A DNA stretch of 32,000 nt, from the NCBI GenBank assembly GCA_963843975.1, contig CAWJMG010000003.1:570001-602000 (forward strand), read 5' to 3'. The DNA comes from an uncultured Actinomycetes bacterium (GTDB lineage Bacteria > Actinomycetota > Actinomycetes > S36-B12 > CAIYMF01). Positions 24,928 to 32,000 of the stretch are shown piece by piece. The position numbers and the translations under genes were made by a program. Under the pieces are notes generated by a model. That model was not told the DNA's origin and searched no databases. It saw only the letters and a program-made list of their open reading frames with translations. Numbering within the stretch: the stretch's first letter is position 1; each line of letters starts with the position of its first letter.

Positions 24928-26003
24928 TGTCCCTCGCGCGGCGGGACGCCGTCCGGGCGCAGCTCGAGGAGCGTGGCCTGGACGCCCTTCTGGTCACTTA
25001 CCTCACCAACGTGAGGTACCTGTCCGGGTTCAGCGGGTCGAACGGCGCGGTCGTCGTCGCCCGGGAGGCCAAGCACGACAGGCTGATCACCGACTTCCGG
25101 TACGTCACGCAGGCCGCCGCCGAGTGCCCCGGGATCGGCGTGGTCGTGGAGCGGGCGGTCGACGGCGGTGGAGCGGCGTACGCGGTGTCGCTCGGTTCGG
25201 CACGCCTGGGCATCGAGGCCGCGCATCTCACCGTGTCGTCGCACGACGGCCTGCGGTCGGCCCACCGCGACCTCGACCTCGTGGCCACCACGGGCGTCGT
25301 CGAGGGGCTGCGCTCGACCAAGGACGACGTCGAGCTGGCCCATCTGGCCGAGGCCTGCCGGATCTCCGACTCGGCCCTCGCGGCGCTGCTGCCGCAGGTT
25401 CGCGTCGGGATGACCGAGCGGCAGGTGGCCCGGCTGCTCGACGGCCTCATGCTCGACCACGGAGCCGAGGCGGTCTCGTTCGAGACGATCGTGGCGTCGG
25501 GCCCCCACTCGGCCATCCCGCACCACAGCCCGACCGGTCGCGCCATCGAGGCGGGCGACTTCCTCAAGATCGACTTCGGGGCCCTGTACGCCGGCTATCA
25601 CGCCGACGAGACCCGCACGTTCGTCGTCGGCGCCGACCCCGAGCCCTGGCAGGTCGAGATCCACGAGCTCGTGGCGAGGGCCCAGCAGGCCGGCGTGGAC
25701 GCGCTCGCCGTGGGCGCGGACGTGCGTGACGTCGACCACGCGGCCCGCTCGGTGATCGCTGCGGCGGGGCACGCCGAGCACTTCGGGCACGGCCTCGGGC
25801 ACGGCGTCGGGCTCGACATCCACGAAGCGCCGATGATCGGCTACTCCGCGACGGGTATCCTGGGGGACCGCACGCCGGTGACCGTCGAGCCTGGGGTCTA
25901 TCTCCCTGGGCGAGGCGGGGTACGCATCGAGGACACCCTCGTCGTACACGCCGACGGGCCCGTGTCGCTCACCACGACGGCACGCGAGCTGCTCGTCCTC
26001 TAG
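24927..26003 (+). CDS. M24 family Xaa-Pro aminopeptidase/dipeptidase
   Basis: 358 aa. Creatinase_N-like N-terminus and metal ligand motifs [16 protein letters not shown] and [18 protein letters not shown]. The TGATG overlap is with aroQ. Confidence 0.88.
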
Positions 26004-26026
26004 CGACCCTCCCAGGAGACCCTCCC

Positions 26027-26587
26027 GTGGCCACCACGAACGACCTCAAGAACGGCCTGGTCCTCAACATCGACGGCCAGCTCTGGTCCGTCGTCGAGTT
26101 CCAGCACGTCAAGCCCGGCAAGGGTCCGGCCTTCGTGCGCACCAAGCTCAAGGCCGTCCTGTCCGGCAAGGTCGTCGACAAGACGTTCAACGCCGGCGTG
26201 AAGGTCGAGACCGCCAACGTCGACCGCCGCGACTTCCAGTACCTCTACCGCGACGGCGACGACTGGGTGTTCATGGACACCTCGTCGTACGACCAGGTGC
26301 ACGTGCCGGACGCGGTCGTCGGCGACAACGCCAAGTGGATGCTCGAGGGCCAGGCCGCGATCCTCGCGACGCACGACGGCGTCCCGCTGTACATCGAGCT
26401 CCCGGCCTCGGTCGAGCTCATGATCACGTACACCGAGCCGGGCCTGCAGGGCGACCGCTCCACCGGCGGCACCAAGCCGGCGACGCTCGAGACCGGCGCC
26501 GAGATCGCCGTGCCCCTGTTCATCGAGAACGACACCAAGGTCAAGGTCGACACCCGCGACGGGTCGTACCTCGGCCGCGTCAACTAG
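26027..26587 (+). CDS. efp: elongation factor P
   Basis: 186 aa. [39 protein letters not shown] is canonical EF-P. Confidence 0.95.
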   Translation: MATTNDLKNGLVLNIDGQLWSVVEFQHVKPGKGPAFVRTKLKAVLSGKVVDKTFNAGVKVETANVDRRDFQYLYRDGDDWVFMDTSSYDQVHVPDAVVGDNAKWMLEGQAAILATHDGVPLYIELPASVELMITYTEPGLQGDRSTGGTKPATLETGAEIAVPLFIENDTKVKVDTRDGSYLGRVN

Positions 26588-26589
26588 AG

Positions 26590-27000
26590 GTGTCGGCACG
26601 GAGCAAGGCCCGCAAGAAGGCGCTCGACGTCCTGTACGAGGCGGAGGCCCGCGGCGTGTCCGCGGCCGACGTCCTCGACGCCACCACGGAGGCGGCGGTG
26701 CAGGGGATGAACCCGTACACCGCCGAGCTGGTGTGGGGCGTCGTCGAGCACGCGGACCGCATCGACGACCTGCTGGCGACGTACAGCATGGGGTGGACCC
26801 TCGACCGCATGCCCGCGGTCGATCGCAACCTGCTGCGTATCGGCACGTACGAGATCCTCTGGGGCGACGACGTCCCGGACGCGGTGGCGATCAACGAGGC
26901 CGTCGAGCTCGCCCGGTCGCTCTCGACCGACGAGTCGCCGAGCTTCGTCAACGGCCTCCTCGCCCGCATCCTCACGGTCAAGCCCAGCCTGGCCCTCTAG
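26590..27000 (+). CDS. nusB: transcription antitermination factor NusB
   Basis: 136 aa from GTG 26590. Contains ARKKALDVLYEAEARG and RMPAVDRNLLRIGTYEIL...INEAVELA...FVNGLLA. Confidence 0.9.
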   Translation: MSARSKARKKALDVLYEAEARGVSAADVLDATTEAAVQGMNPYTAELVWGVVEHADRIDDLLATYSMGWTLDRMPAVDRNLLRIGTYEILWGDDVPDAVAINEAVELARSLSTDESPSFVNGLLARILTVKPSLAL

Positions 27001-27002
27001 CT

Positions 27003-27054
27003 GCCACTGGTAGTCGATTCGCACGCTATAGGCCGCGAATCGACTACCAGTGGC
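27003..27054. repeat. perfect 20-bp inverted repeat with 12-nt loop
   Basis: GCCACTGGTAGTCGATTCGC-acgctataggcc-GCGAATCGACTACCAGTGGC, starting 3 nt after the nusB stop. The arms are 55-60% G+C and look lower in GC than the flanking coding DNA. Confidence 0.8.
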
Positions 27055-27077
27055 GGCCCAGGCGCTACGGTCCGCGG

Positions 27078-28425
27078 GTGAGCAGCCGGCTGTCGACGTC
27101 GCACAAGATCGGGTACGCCGCGGGCTCGGTCGGCACGGGCGGCTTCTCGACCGTCCCCGGCCTGCTCCTGCTCTACTACCTGACCGACGAGCTCGGCGTC
27201 GCCGCCGCCGTCGCGGGCCTCGTGGTGCTGCTGCCCAAGGCGTGGGACGTGCTCCTCAACCCGCTCGTCGGCAGCTGGAGCGACCGCACGACCTCGCGCT
27301 GGGGTGCCCGCGTGCCCTGGATGATCCGTGGCGCGCTGCTGCTGCCGGTCGCCTTCGCCCTCATGTTCTGGGCACCCGGTGGGCTCACCGGCGGGGGCGC
27401 GGCGCTCTGGGTGGCCGGATGCTTCCTGCTGGCGGCCACCGGCTTCGCGTTCTTCCAGGTCCCGTACATCGCGCAGGCCGCCGAGCTGCACGGACGACTA
27501 CGCCGAGCGCACGTCGCTCATGACCTGGCGCATCGCGTTCCTCACGCTGGCGATCCTGGTCTTCGGGGCGGGTGCGCCCGAGCTCGTCAAGGCAGGCGGC
27601 GACGGGCTCGCCGGCTACCGGCTGATGGGCGTCGTGTGCGGCGCGCTGTTCCTGCTCGGGTTCGGCGTCGCCATCCTCGCCACCCGCAACCTGCCCACCG
27701 TGCTCCGCGCCGAGCCCTCCGGCGGCCTGCGCGAACAGCTGCGCGCCGTGGGGGAGAACCGCGACTTCCGCGTGCTCTTCGCGGCGTTCGTGATCCAGGC
27801 GCTCGGCACGTCGACCGCTCTCGCCGGCGCGGCGTACGTCGCGGAGTACCTGCTCGGCGCGAAGGGGATGACCACGGTCCTGTTCGTCGCGCTGGTGGCC
27901 CCGGCGATCCTGCTCGTGCCGGTGTGGCGGCTGTTCGCCGCCCGCCGCGGGAAGCAGGCGGGCTTCCGCCTGGCAACCCTGTTCTTCCTCGCCGGAGCCG
28001 TGGTGATGGCGCTCGCCGGCCGGGTGCCCACATGGTTCCTGCTCGTCGGCGTGGCCGTCGCCGGCACCGGCTACGCCGGCCAGCAGCTCTTCCCGCTGGC
28101 GATGCTGCCCGACACGATCCAGGCCGATGCGCTGCGGTCCGGCCGCCTGCGCTCGGGCGTCTTCACCGGAGTCTGGACCGCGGGGGAGACCCTCGGCTTC
28201 GCGCTCGGCCCGTTCCTGTTCGCCATGGTGCTGGCGGCGGGAGGCTTCGTCGCGACGACCTCAGGGGTCACCGCGGACCAGCCGCAGAGCGCCCTGACCG
28301 CGATCGCCCTGGGCTTCGGCGCCGTGCCCGCCGTGCTGATGCTCGTCAGCCTCCCGGTGCTGCGCCGCTACACCCTCACCGAGCAGACCCTGAAGACCCT
28401 GACCGACTCCCACGTCCAGGACTGA
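27078..28425 (+). pseudogene. GPH-family (MelB-like) glycoside/cation symporter, frame broken by +1 shift at 27489
   Basis: Frame 3 gives VSSRLSTSHKIGYAAGSVGTGGFSTVPGLLLLYYLTD...FFQVPYIAQAAEL. Frame 1 then gives TDDYAERTSLMTWRIAF... through 12 TM helices. The extra C lies in CTG-C-ACG. Confidence 0.8.
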
Positions 28426-28682
28426 CCCCACCCCCGACCAGCCAGCGCGAGCGAAAGTCAGAGTCTCGAGGTCAGATGCTCAGCGAGGCCGAGAGCGAGG
28501 AGGGGGCCCGCAGGGTCCCCGACGAGATCGAGCGCGCGAAGCGCGCCGCCGAGCCACCCAGCGCGAGCACGCCACGAACGGCCCGGCCCGAGGACCGGAG
28601 GGGGCGCGCAGCGTCCCCTCGCGGGCCGAGCACGAGCGCAGCGAGCCAGGCCGAGCCTGCCGCGCAGCGGCAAGCCATACGG

Positions 28683-28756
28683 TGCCCCGAGTGGGATTCG
28701 AACCCACACTGGATGGTGTTTGAGACCACTGCCTCTGCCGGTTGGGCTATCGGGGC
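28683..28756 (-). tRNA. 74-nt class I tRNA, anticodon read as CAA (isotype uncertain)
   Basis: The reverse complement is GCCCCGA-TA-GCCC-AACCGGCA-GAGGC-A-GTGGT-CTCAAAC-ACCAT-CCAGT-GTGGG-TTCGAAT-CCCAC-TCGGGGC-A. It has a 7-bp acceptor stem, G18G19, a canonical T-arm and A73. No CCA is encoded. Confidence 0.85.
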
Positions 28757-28813
28757 GACGGTCAGCCAGCGTACCGGGCAGGAGCCGCAGGCCCGGTTCC
28801 GTAGGGTGTACGC

Positions 28814-29416
28814 GTGACAGCGAACGAGAGCGCTCTGCGGATCGTGGTGGCCGAGGATGAGGCGCTCATCCGCCTCGACCTCGTGGAGATGCTGCGCGAG
28901 GAGGGCTACGAGGTCGTCGGCGAGGCCGGGGACGGCGAGAACGCCGTACGCCTGGCCGAGGAGCTGCGCCCCGACGTCGTGATGCTCGACGTGAAGATGC
29001 CGGTGCTCGACGGCATCAGCGCGGCCGAGCGGATCGCCACCGCACGGATCGCCCCGGTCGTGATGCTCACGGCGTTCGCCCAGCGCGAGCTCGTGGAGCG
29101 GGCGCGCGACGCGGGCGCGATGGCCTACCTCGTGAAGCCGTTCACGCAGGGCGACCTCGTGCCCGCCATCGAGCTCGCCGTCAGCCGGTACGCCGAGATC
29201 GTGACCCTCGAGGCAGAGATCGCCGACCTCGGCGAGCGGTTCGAGACCCGAAAGCGCGTGGAACGCGCCAAGTCGTTGCTGCAACAGGCGTACAAGCTCT
29301 CGGAGACCGACGCGTTCCGGTGGCTGCAGAAGTCCGCGATGGACCGCCGCCTCACGATGCGCGAGGTGGCCGACGTGGTCATCCGCGAGGTCGGGGCCAC
29401 CGGCAGCGAAGGGTGA
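28814..29416 (+). CDS. pdtaR: ANTAR-domain response regulator (PdtaR-like)
   Basis: 200 aa. REC domain (RIVVAEDEALIRLDLVEML...DVVMLDVKMP...YLVKPF) followed by ANTAR (KRVERAKSLLQQAYKLSETDAFRWLQKSAMDRRLTMREVA). TAGGGT lies 6 nt before GTG 28814. Confidence 0.9.
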   Translation: MTANESALRIVVAEDEALIRLDLVEMLREEGYEVVGEAGDGENAVRLAEELRPDVVMLDVKMPVLDGISAAERIATARIAPVVMLTAFAQRELVERARDAGAMAYLVKPFTQGDLVPAIELAVSRYAEIVTLEAEIADLGERFETRKRVERAKSLLQQAYKLSETDAFRWLQKSAMDRRLTMREVADVVIREVGATGSEG

Positions 29417-29597
29417 GGCGAATGGGGCCGATGAGTTGAGGCTTTCCGCCTGATTCGGTCCGTTAGGTCACGAATGAGCAACGAGCCAGCGACGGACCAG
29501 TCCCAGGTCATGCGCTCGTAACAGCCCTCCACTACGTTTCCCACACCCCCACACCCGTGCGGTCACGCGCGGGTGCCATGGAAGAAGGAGACACTTC

Positions 29598-30873
29598 ATG
29601 ACCCGACCCACCCTGGTGCGGTCGCTCGCGGTTGCTGGCGCCTCGGCGCTCCTGCTCGCCGCCTGTGGCAGCAGCAGCACCGGCTCCGGCGACAGCTCGA
29701 GCGCGGCCCCGACGGGCGCGACCGGCGACGGCACGCTGACCATCGGCACCGTTCTCCCGCAGACCGGCTCGCTCGCCTTCCTCGGCCCGCCCGAGTTCGC
29801 GGGCGTCGACCTGGCGCTCAAGGAGATCAACGACGCCGGCGGTGTGCTCGGCAAGCCCGTCGTGAAGATCGAGGGTGACTCGGGCGACACGTCGACCAAC
29901 ATCGCCTCGGCGACCGTCGACTCCGGCCTCGCCAAGGGCGTCGACGCCTTCGTCGGTGCCGCCTCGTCCTCGGTGTCACTCACGATCATCGACAAGATCA
30001 CGGCCGCTGGCGCGCTCCAGATCTCGCCCGCCAACACCTCGATCGCGCTGTCGACGTACGCCGACAAGGGCCTCTACTTCCGCACCGCGCCGCCGGACAC
30101 GTTCCAGGGCGCCGTCCTCGGCCAGCTGGCCAGCGCGGACCACAAGACCGCCGCTGTCCTCGCGCTGCAGGACGCCTACGGCGAAGGTCTCGCGAAGACC
30201 TTCGTCCAGGCGTTCACCGCTGCCGGTGGCACCATGGCGATCGACCCGATCATCTACGACCCGAAGGCCGCGTCCTACGAGGCCGAGGTCACCAAGGTGA
30301 AGGGTGCCAACCCGGAGGCTCTGGTCCTCATCGGCTTCGACGAGTCGAAGAAGATCCTCCAGGAGCTCATCAAGCAGGGCATCGGCCCGGACAAGCTGCC
30401 GCTGTTCCTCTGCGACGGCAACCTGGCCCAGTCCCTCGCCGAGGGCCTGCCCGCCGGCATCATGAACGGCAGCCAGGGCACGACCCCGGGCGCCAAGGCC
30501 TCCGACGCGTTCAAGGCCTCGCTCCTGTCGATCGACCCCAAGCCTCGAGGACTTCTCCTACGCTCCCGAGTCGTACGACGCCGTGAACCTCGTCGCCCTG
30601 GCCGCTGAGGCTGCCAAGTCCGACGCGGGCACCGCGATCGCGGCGAAGATGCAGGAGGTCTCCTCCGGTGGCGAGAAGTGCACCAACTTCAAGGACTGCA
30701 AGGCCCTTCTCGACGGTGGCAAGGACATCGACTACGAGGGCCAGTCGGGTCCGTGCGACCTCGACGCCAACGGCGACCCGTCCAAGGCCACCATGGGCGT
30801 CTACGCCTACGGCCCGGACAACAAGTACGCCGCTGTCGACTTCATCTCGGGCGACGTCCCGGCCGCGAGCTGA
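29598..30873 (+). pseudogene. branched-chain/amino-acid ABC transporter substrate-binding lipoprotein (Peripla_BP_6), frame broken by +1 shift at 30543
   Basis: Lipobox LLAAC|GSSS. The sequence GTVLPQTGSLAFLGPPEFAGVDLALKEINDAGG is LivK-like. Frame 3 reads to ...SIDPK, then frame 1 reads LEDFSYAPESYDAVNLVALAAE... The extra C lies in AAG-C-CTC. Confidence 0.85.
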
Positions 30874-30900
30874 TCTCAGCCCGCTGAAGTCCTAGCACCG

Positions 30901-30936
30901 GAAGACCCCCGCAGCCCCCGGGCTGCGGGGGTCTTC
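30901..30936 (+). terminator. hairpin after binding-protein gene
   Basis: GAAGACCCCCGCAGCC-cccg-GGCTGCGGGGGTCTTC, a 16-bp perfect stem, followed by TGCTGT. Confidence 0.6.
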
Positions 30937-31014
30937 TGCTGTCCCGGCCCAGGTGCCGAGCTCCGCCGTGCACCGACGCGCCTCGCGGCCCGTGCCCCAC
31001 GGCGCGAAAACCCG

Positions 31015-31105
31015 GAGAAGAGGTCACCAGAAGCCCCCTGAAGGGCGCTCTGTGACCCTGAGGGCCTGAAAGCGCCCGTGAAGGGCCTTCTGGTGACCAC
31101 TTCTC
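31015..31105. repeat. ~90-nt nested inverted-repeat element in convergent intergenic region
   Basis: The outer arms are GAGAAGAGGTCACCAGAAG.. and ..CTTCTGGTGACCACTTCTC (about 20 bp with 2 mismatches). They enclose the inner stem GGGCGCT/AGCGCCC and reiterated CTGARRG words. Confidence 0.6.
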
Positions 31106-31139
31106 GGCCCTGTGGGGCGCTTCGAGGGGGCTGGACGTG

Positions 31140-31174
31140 CGAGGAGCCCCGGACGGCGTGTCCGGGGCTCCTCG
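31140..31174 (-). terminator. hairpin downstream of the minus-strand ABC ATPase gene
   Basis: CGAGGAGCCCCGGAC-ggcgt-GTCCGGGGCTCCTCG, a 15-bp perfect stem, 36 nt past the stop on the - strand. Confidence 0.55.
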
Positions 31175-31209
31175 GTCGTTCTGAGCCGTTCTGGGTGGTT
31201 CTGGGCTGG

Positions 31210-32000
31210 CTAGGCCTTGGCGAGGGTGCCGAGGTAGAGCTGGATGACCTTGGGGTCGGTGGCCAGGTCGCGGCCGCTGCCCGTGTAGGCGTTGCGCCCC
31301 TGGTCGAGCACGTAGCCGCGGTCGCAGATCTGCAGGCAGCGGCGGGCGTTCTGCTCGACCATGATCACGGTGACGCCGGTCTTGTTGATCTCCCGGACGC
31401 GCACGAAGACCTCGTCGGTGAGCGCGGGGGACAGGCCCGCGGACGGCTCGTCGAGCAGGAGCACCGACGGGTTCATCATGAGCGCGCGGCCCATGGCGAC
31501 CATCTGGCGCTCGCCGCCCGAGAGCGAGCCCGCGCGCTGCTTGCGCCGGTCGCCGAGGGTGGGGAACAGGTTCGTGACGAAGTCGAAGCGCTCGGAGTAG
31601 CTCGCCGGCGCCTGGTAGGACCCCATCTGGAGGTTCTCCTCGATGGTGAGCGAGGGGAACACGTTGTTCGTCTGCGGGACGAACCCGATGCCGCGCTTGA
31701 CCAGCTGGTCGGCGCGCATGTTGGTGATCTCCTCGCCCCGCAGCGTCACCGCGCCCTCGCGGATGCGCACGAGGCCGAACAGCGCCTTGAGGAGCGTCGA
31801 CTTGCCGGCGCCGTTCGGGCCGATGATGCCGACCAGCTCGCCCTCGTGGGCGTAGAGGTCGGCGCCGTTGAGGATGTTGACCCCGGGCAGGTAGCCCGCG
31901 ATGACGTCGTCGACGCGGACGAGCGCGCCCTCGGCCTCGGACAGGTGCGAGGTGCGGTCCAGCGACTCCGAGCGCGCCGAGCCGTGCCCGTGGCCGTGCT
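31210..32000 (-). CDS. branched-chain amino-acid ABC transporter ATP-binding protein (LivF-like), 5' end outside window
   Basis: The minus-strand translation contains Walker A GPNGAGKST, signature LSGGERQM and Walker B LLLDEP. The frame stays open to base 32000, upstream of the track's GTG at 31770. Confidence 0.88.
   Translation of the reverse strand, partial: HGHGHGSARSESLDRTSHLSEAEGALVRVDDVIAGYLPGVNILNGADLYAHEGELVGIIGPNGAGKSTLLKALFGLVRIREGAVTLRGEEITNMRADQLVKRGIGFVPQTNNVFPSLTIEENLQMGSYQAPASYSERFDFVTNLFPTLGDRRKQRAGSLSGGERQMVAMGRALMMNPSVLLLDEPSAGLSPALTDEVFVRVREINKTGVTVIMVEQNARRCLQICDRGYVLDQGRNAYTGSGRDLATDPKVIQLYLGTLAKA

Noticed and set aside
26733-28817. 694-aa ORF covering nusB 3' end, the symporter and the tRNA region, including a possible small ORF MLSEAESEEG... 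(28476-28817)
   Set aside because: Only the 27078-27488 part is sensible (symporter N-terminus). The tail overlaps the tRNA gene on the opposite strand and is a Glu/Arg/Ala-rich translation of GAGCG-rich spacer.
31643-31855. Small + strand ORFs (31361-31600, 31643-31855) opposite the ABC ATPase
   Set aside because: They lie antisense to a gene with unmistakable Walker A, signature and Walker B motifs. They have no independent support.

Overview
High-GC (about 70%+) actinobacterial chromosome segment, probably Micrococcales/Cellulomonas-like (lineage is a guess). All convincing protein genes are on the + strand except a partial ABC ATPase at the 3' end, plus one tRNA on the - strand. The backbone is the conserved housekeeping block alaS-ruvX-mltG-aroE ... 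aroC-aroK-aroB-aroQ-M24 peptidase-efp-nusB. An approximately 18.4 kb type IV pilus (T4P) locus sits between aroE and aroC, at about 3228-21650. It reads: Roadblock/LC7 (MglB-like), PATAN/DUF4388 protein, small MglA/CvnD-like GTPase, a 111-aa ORF, pilB, pilT, pilC, four tandem major-pilin paralogs, three minor pilins (two unusually large), pilD, pilM, pilN, pilO and a PilP-like membrane protein. There is no secretin, as expected for a monoderm. Downstream are a GPH/MFS symporter, a tRNA, a PdtaR-like ANTAR response regulator, and an amino-acid ABC binding protein convergent with an ABC ATPase. Four observations stand out. (1) A bipartite motif GCTCAAG-N14/15-GCCGAtaa, resembling the FliA/SigD/WhiG sigma-28 consensus, recurs 8 times. 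Every copy is on the + strand in an intergenic region directly upstream of a T4P transcription unit. (2) About 140-nt structured leaders precede pilin paralogs 1 and 2. They show compensatory base changes, and their core resembles the GEMM-I c-di-GMP riboswitch. (3) A Roadblock-PATAN-GTPase module immediately upstream of the pilB/pilT motor genes carries the same promoter motif. (4) A class-I-shaped tRNA has an apparent CAA anticodon. Five genes (PATAN, aroB, aroQ, symporter, binding protein) each carry a +1 frameshift explained by one extra C. This is most simply an assembly or sequencing artefact. No CRISPR array, transposase or integrase was seen. The many long antisense or off-frame ORFs in the track are GC-driven artefacts.
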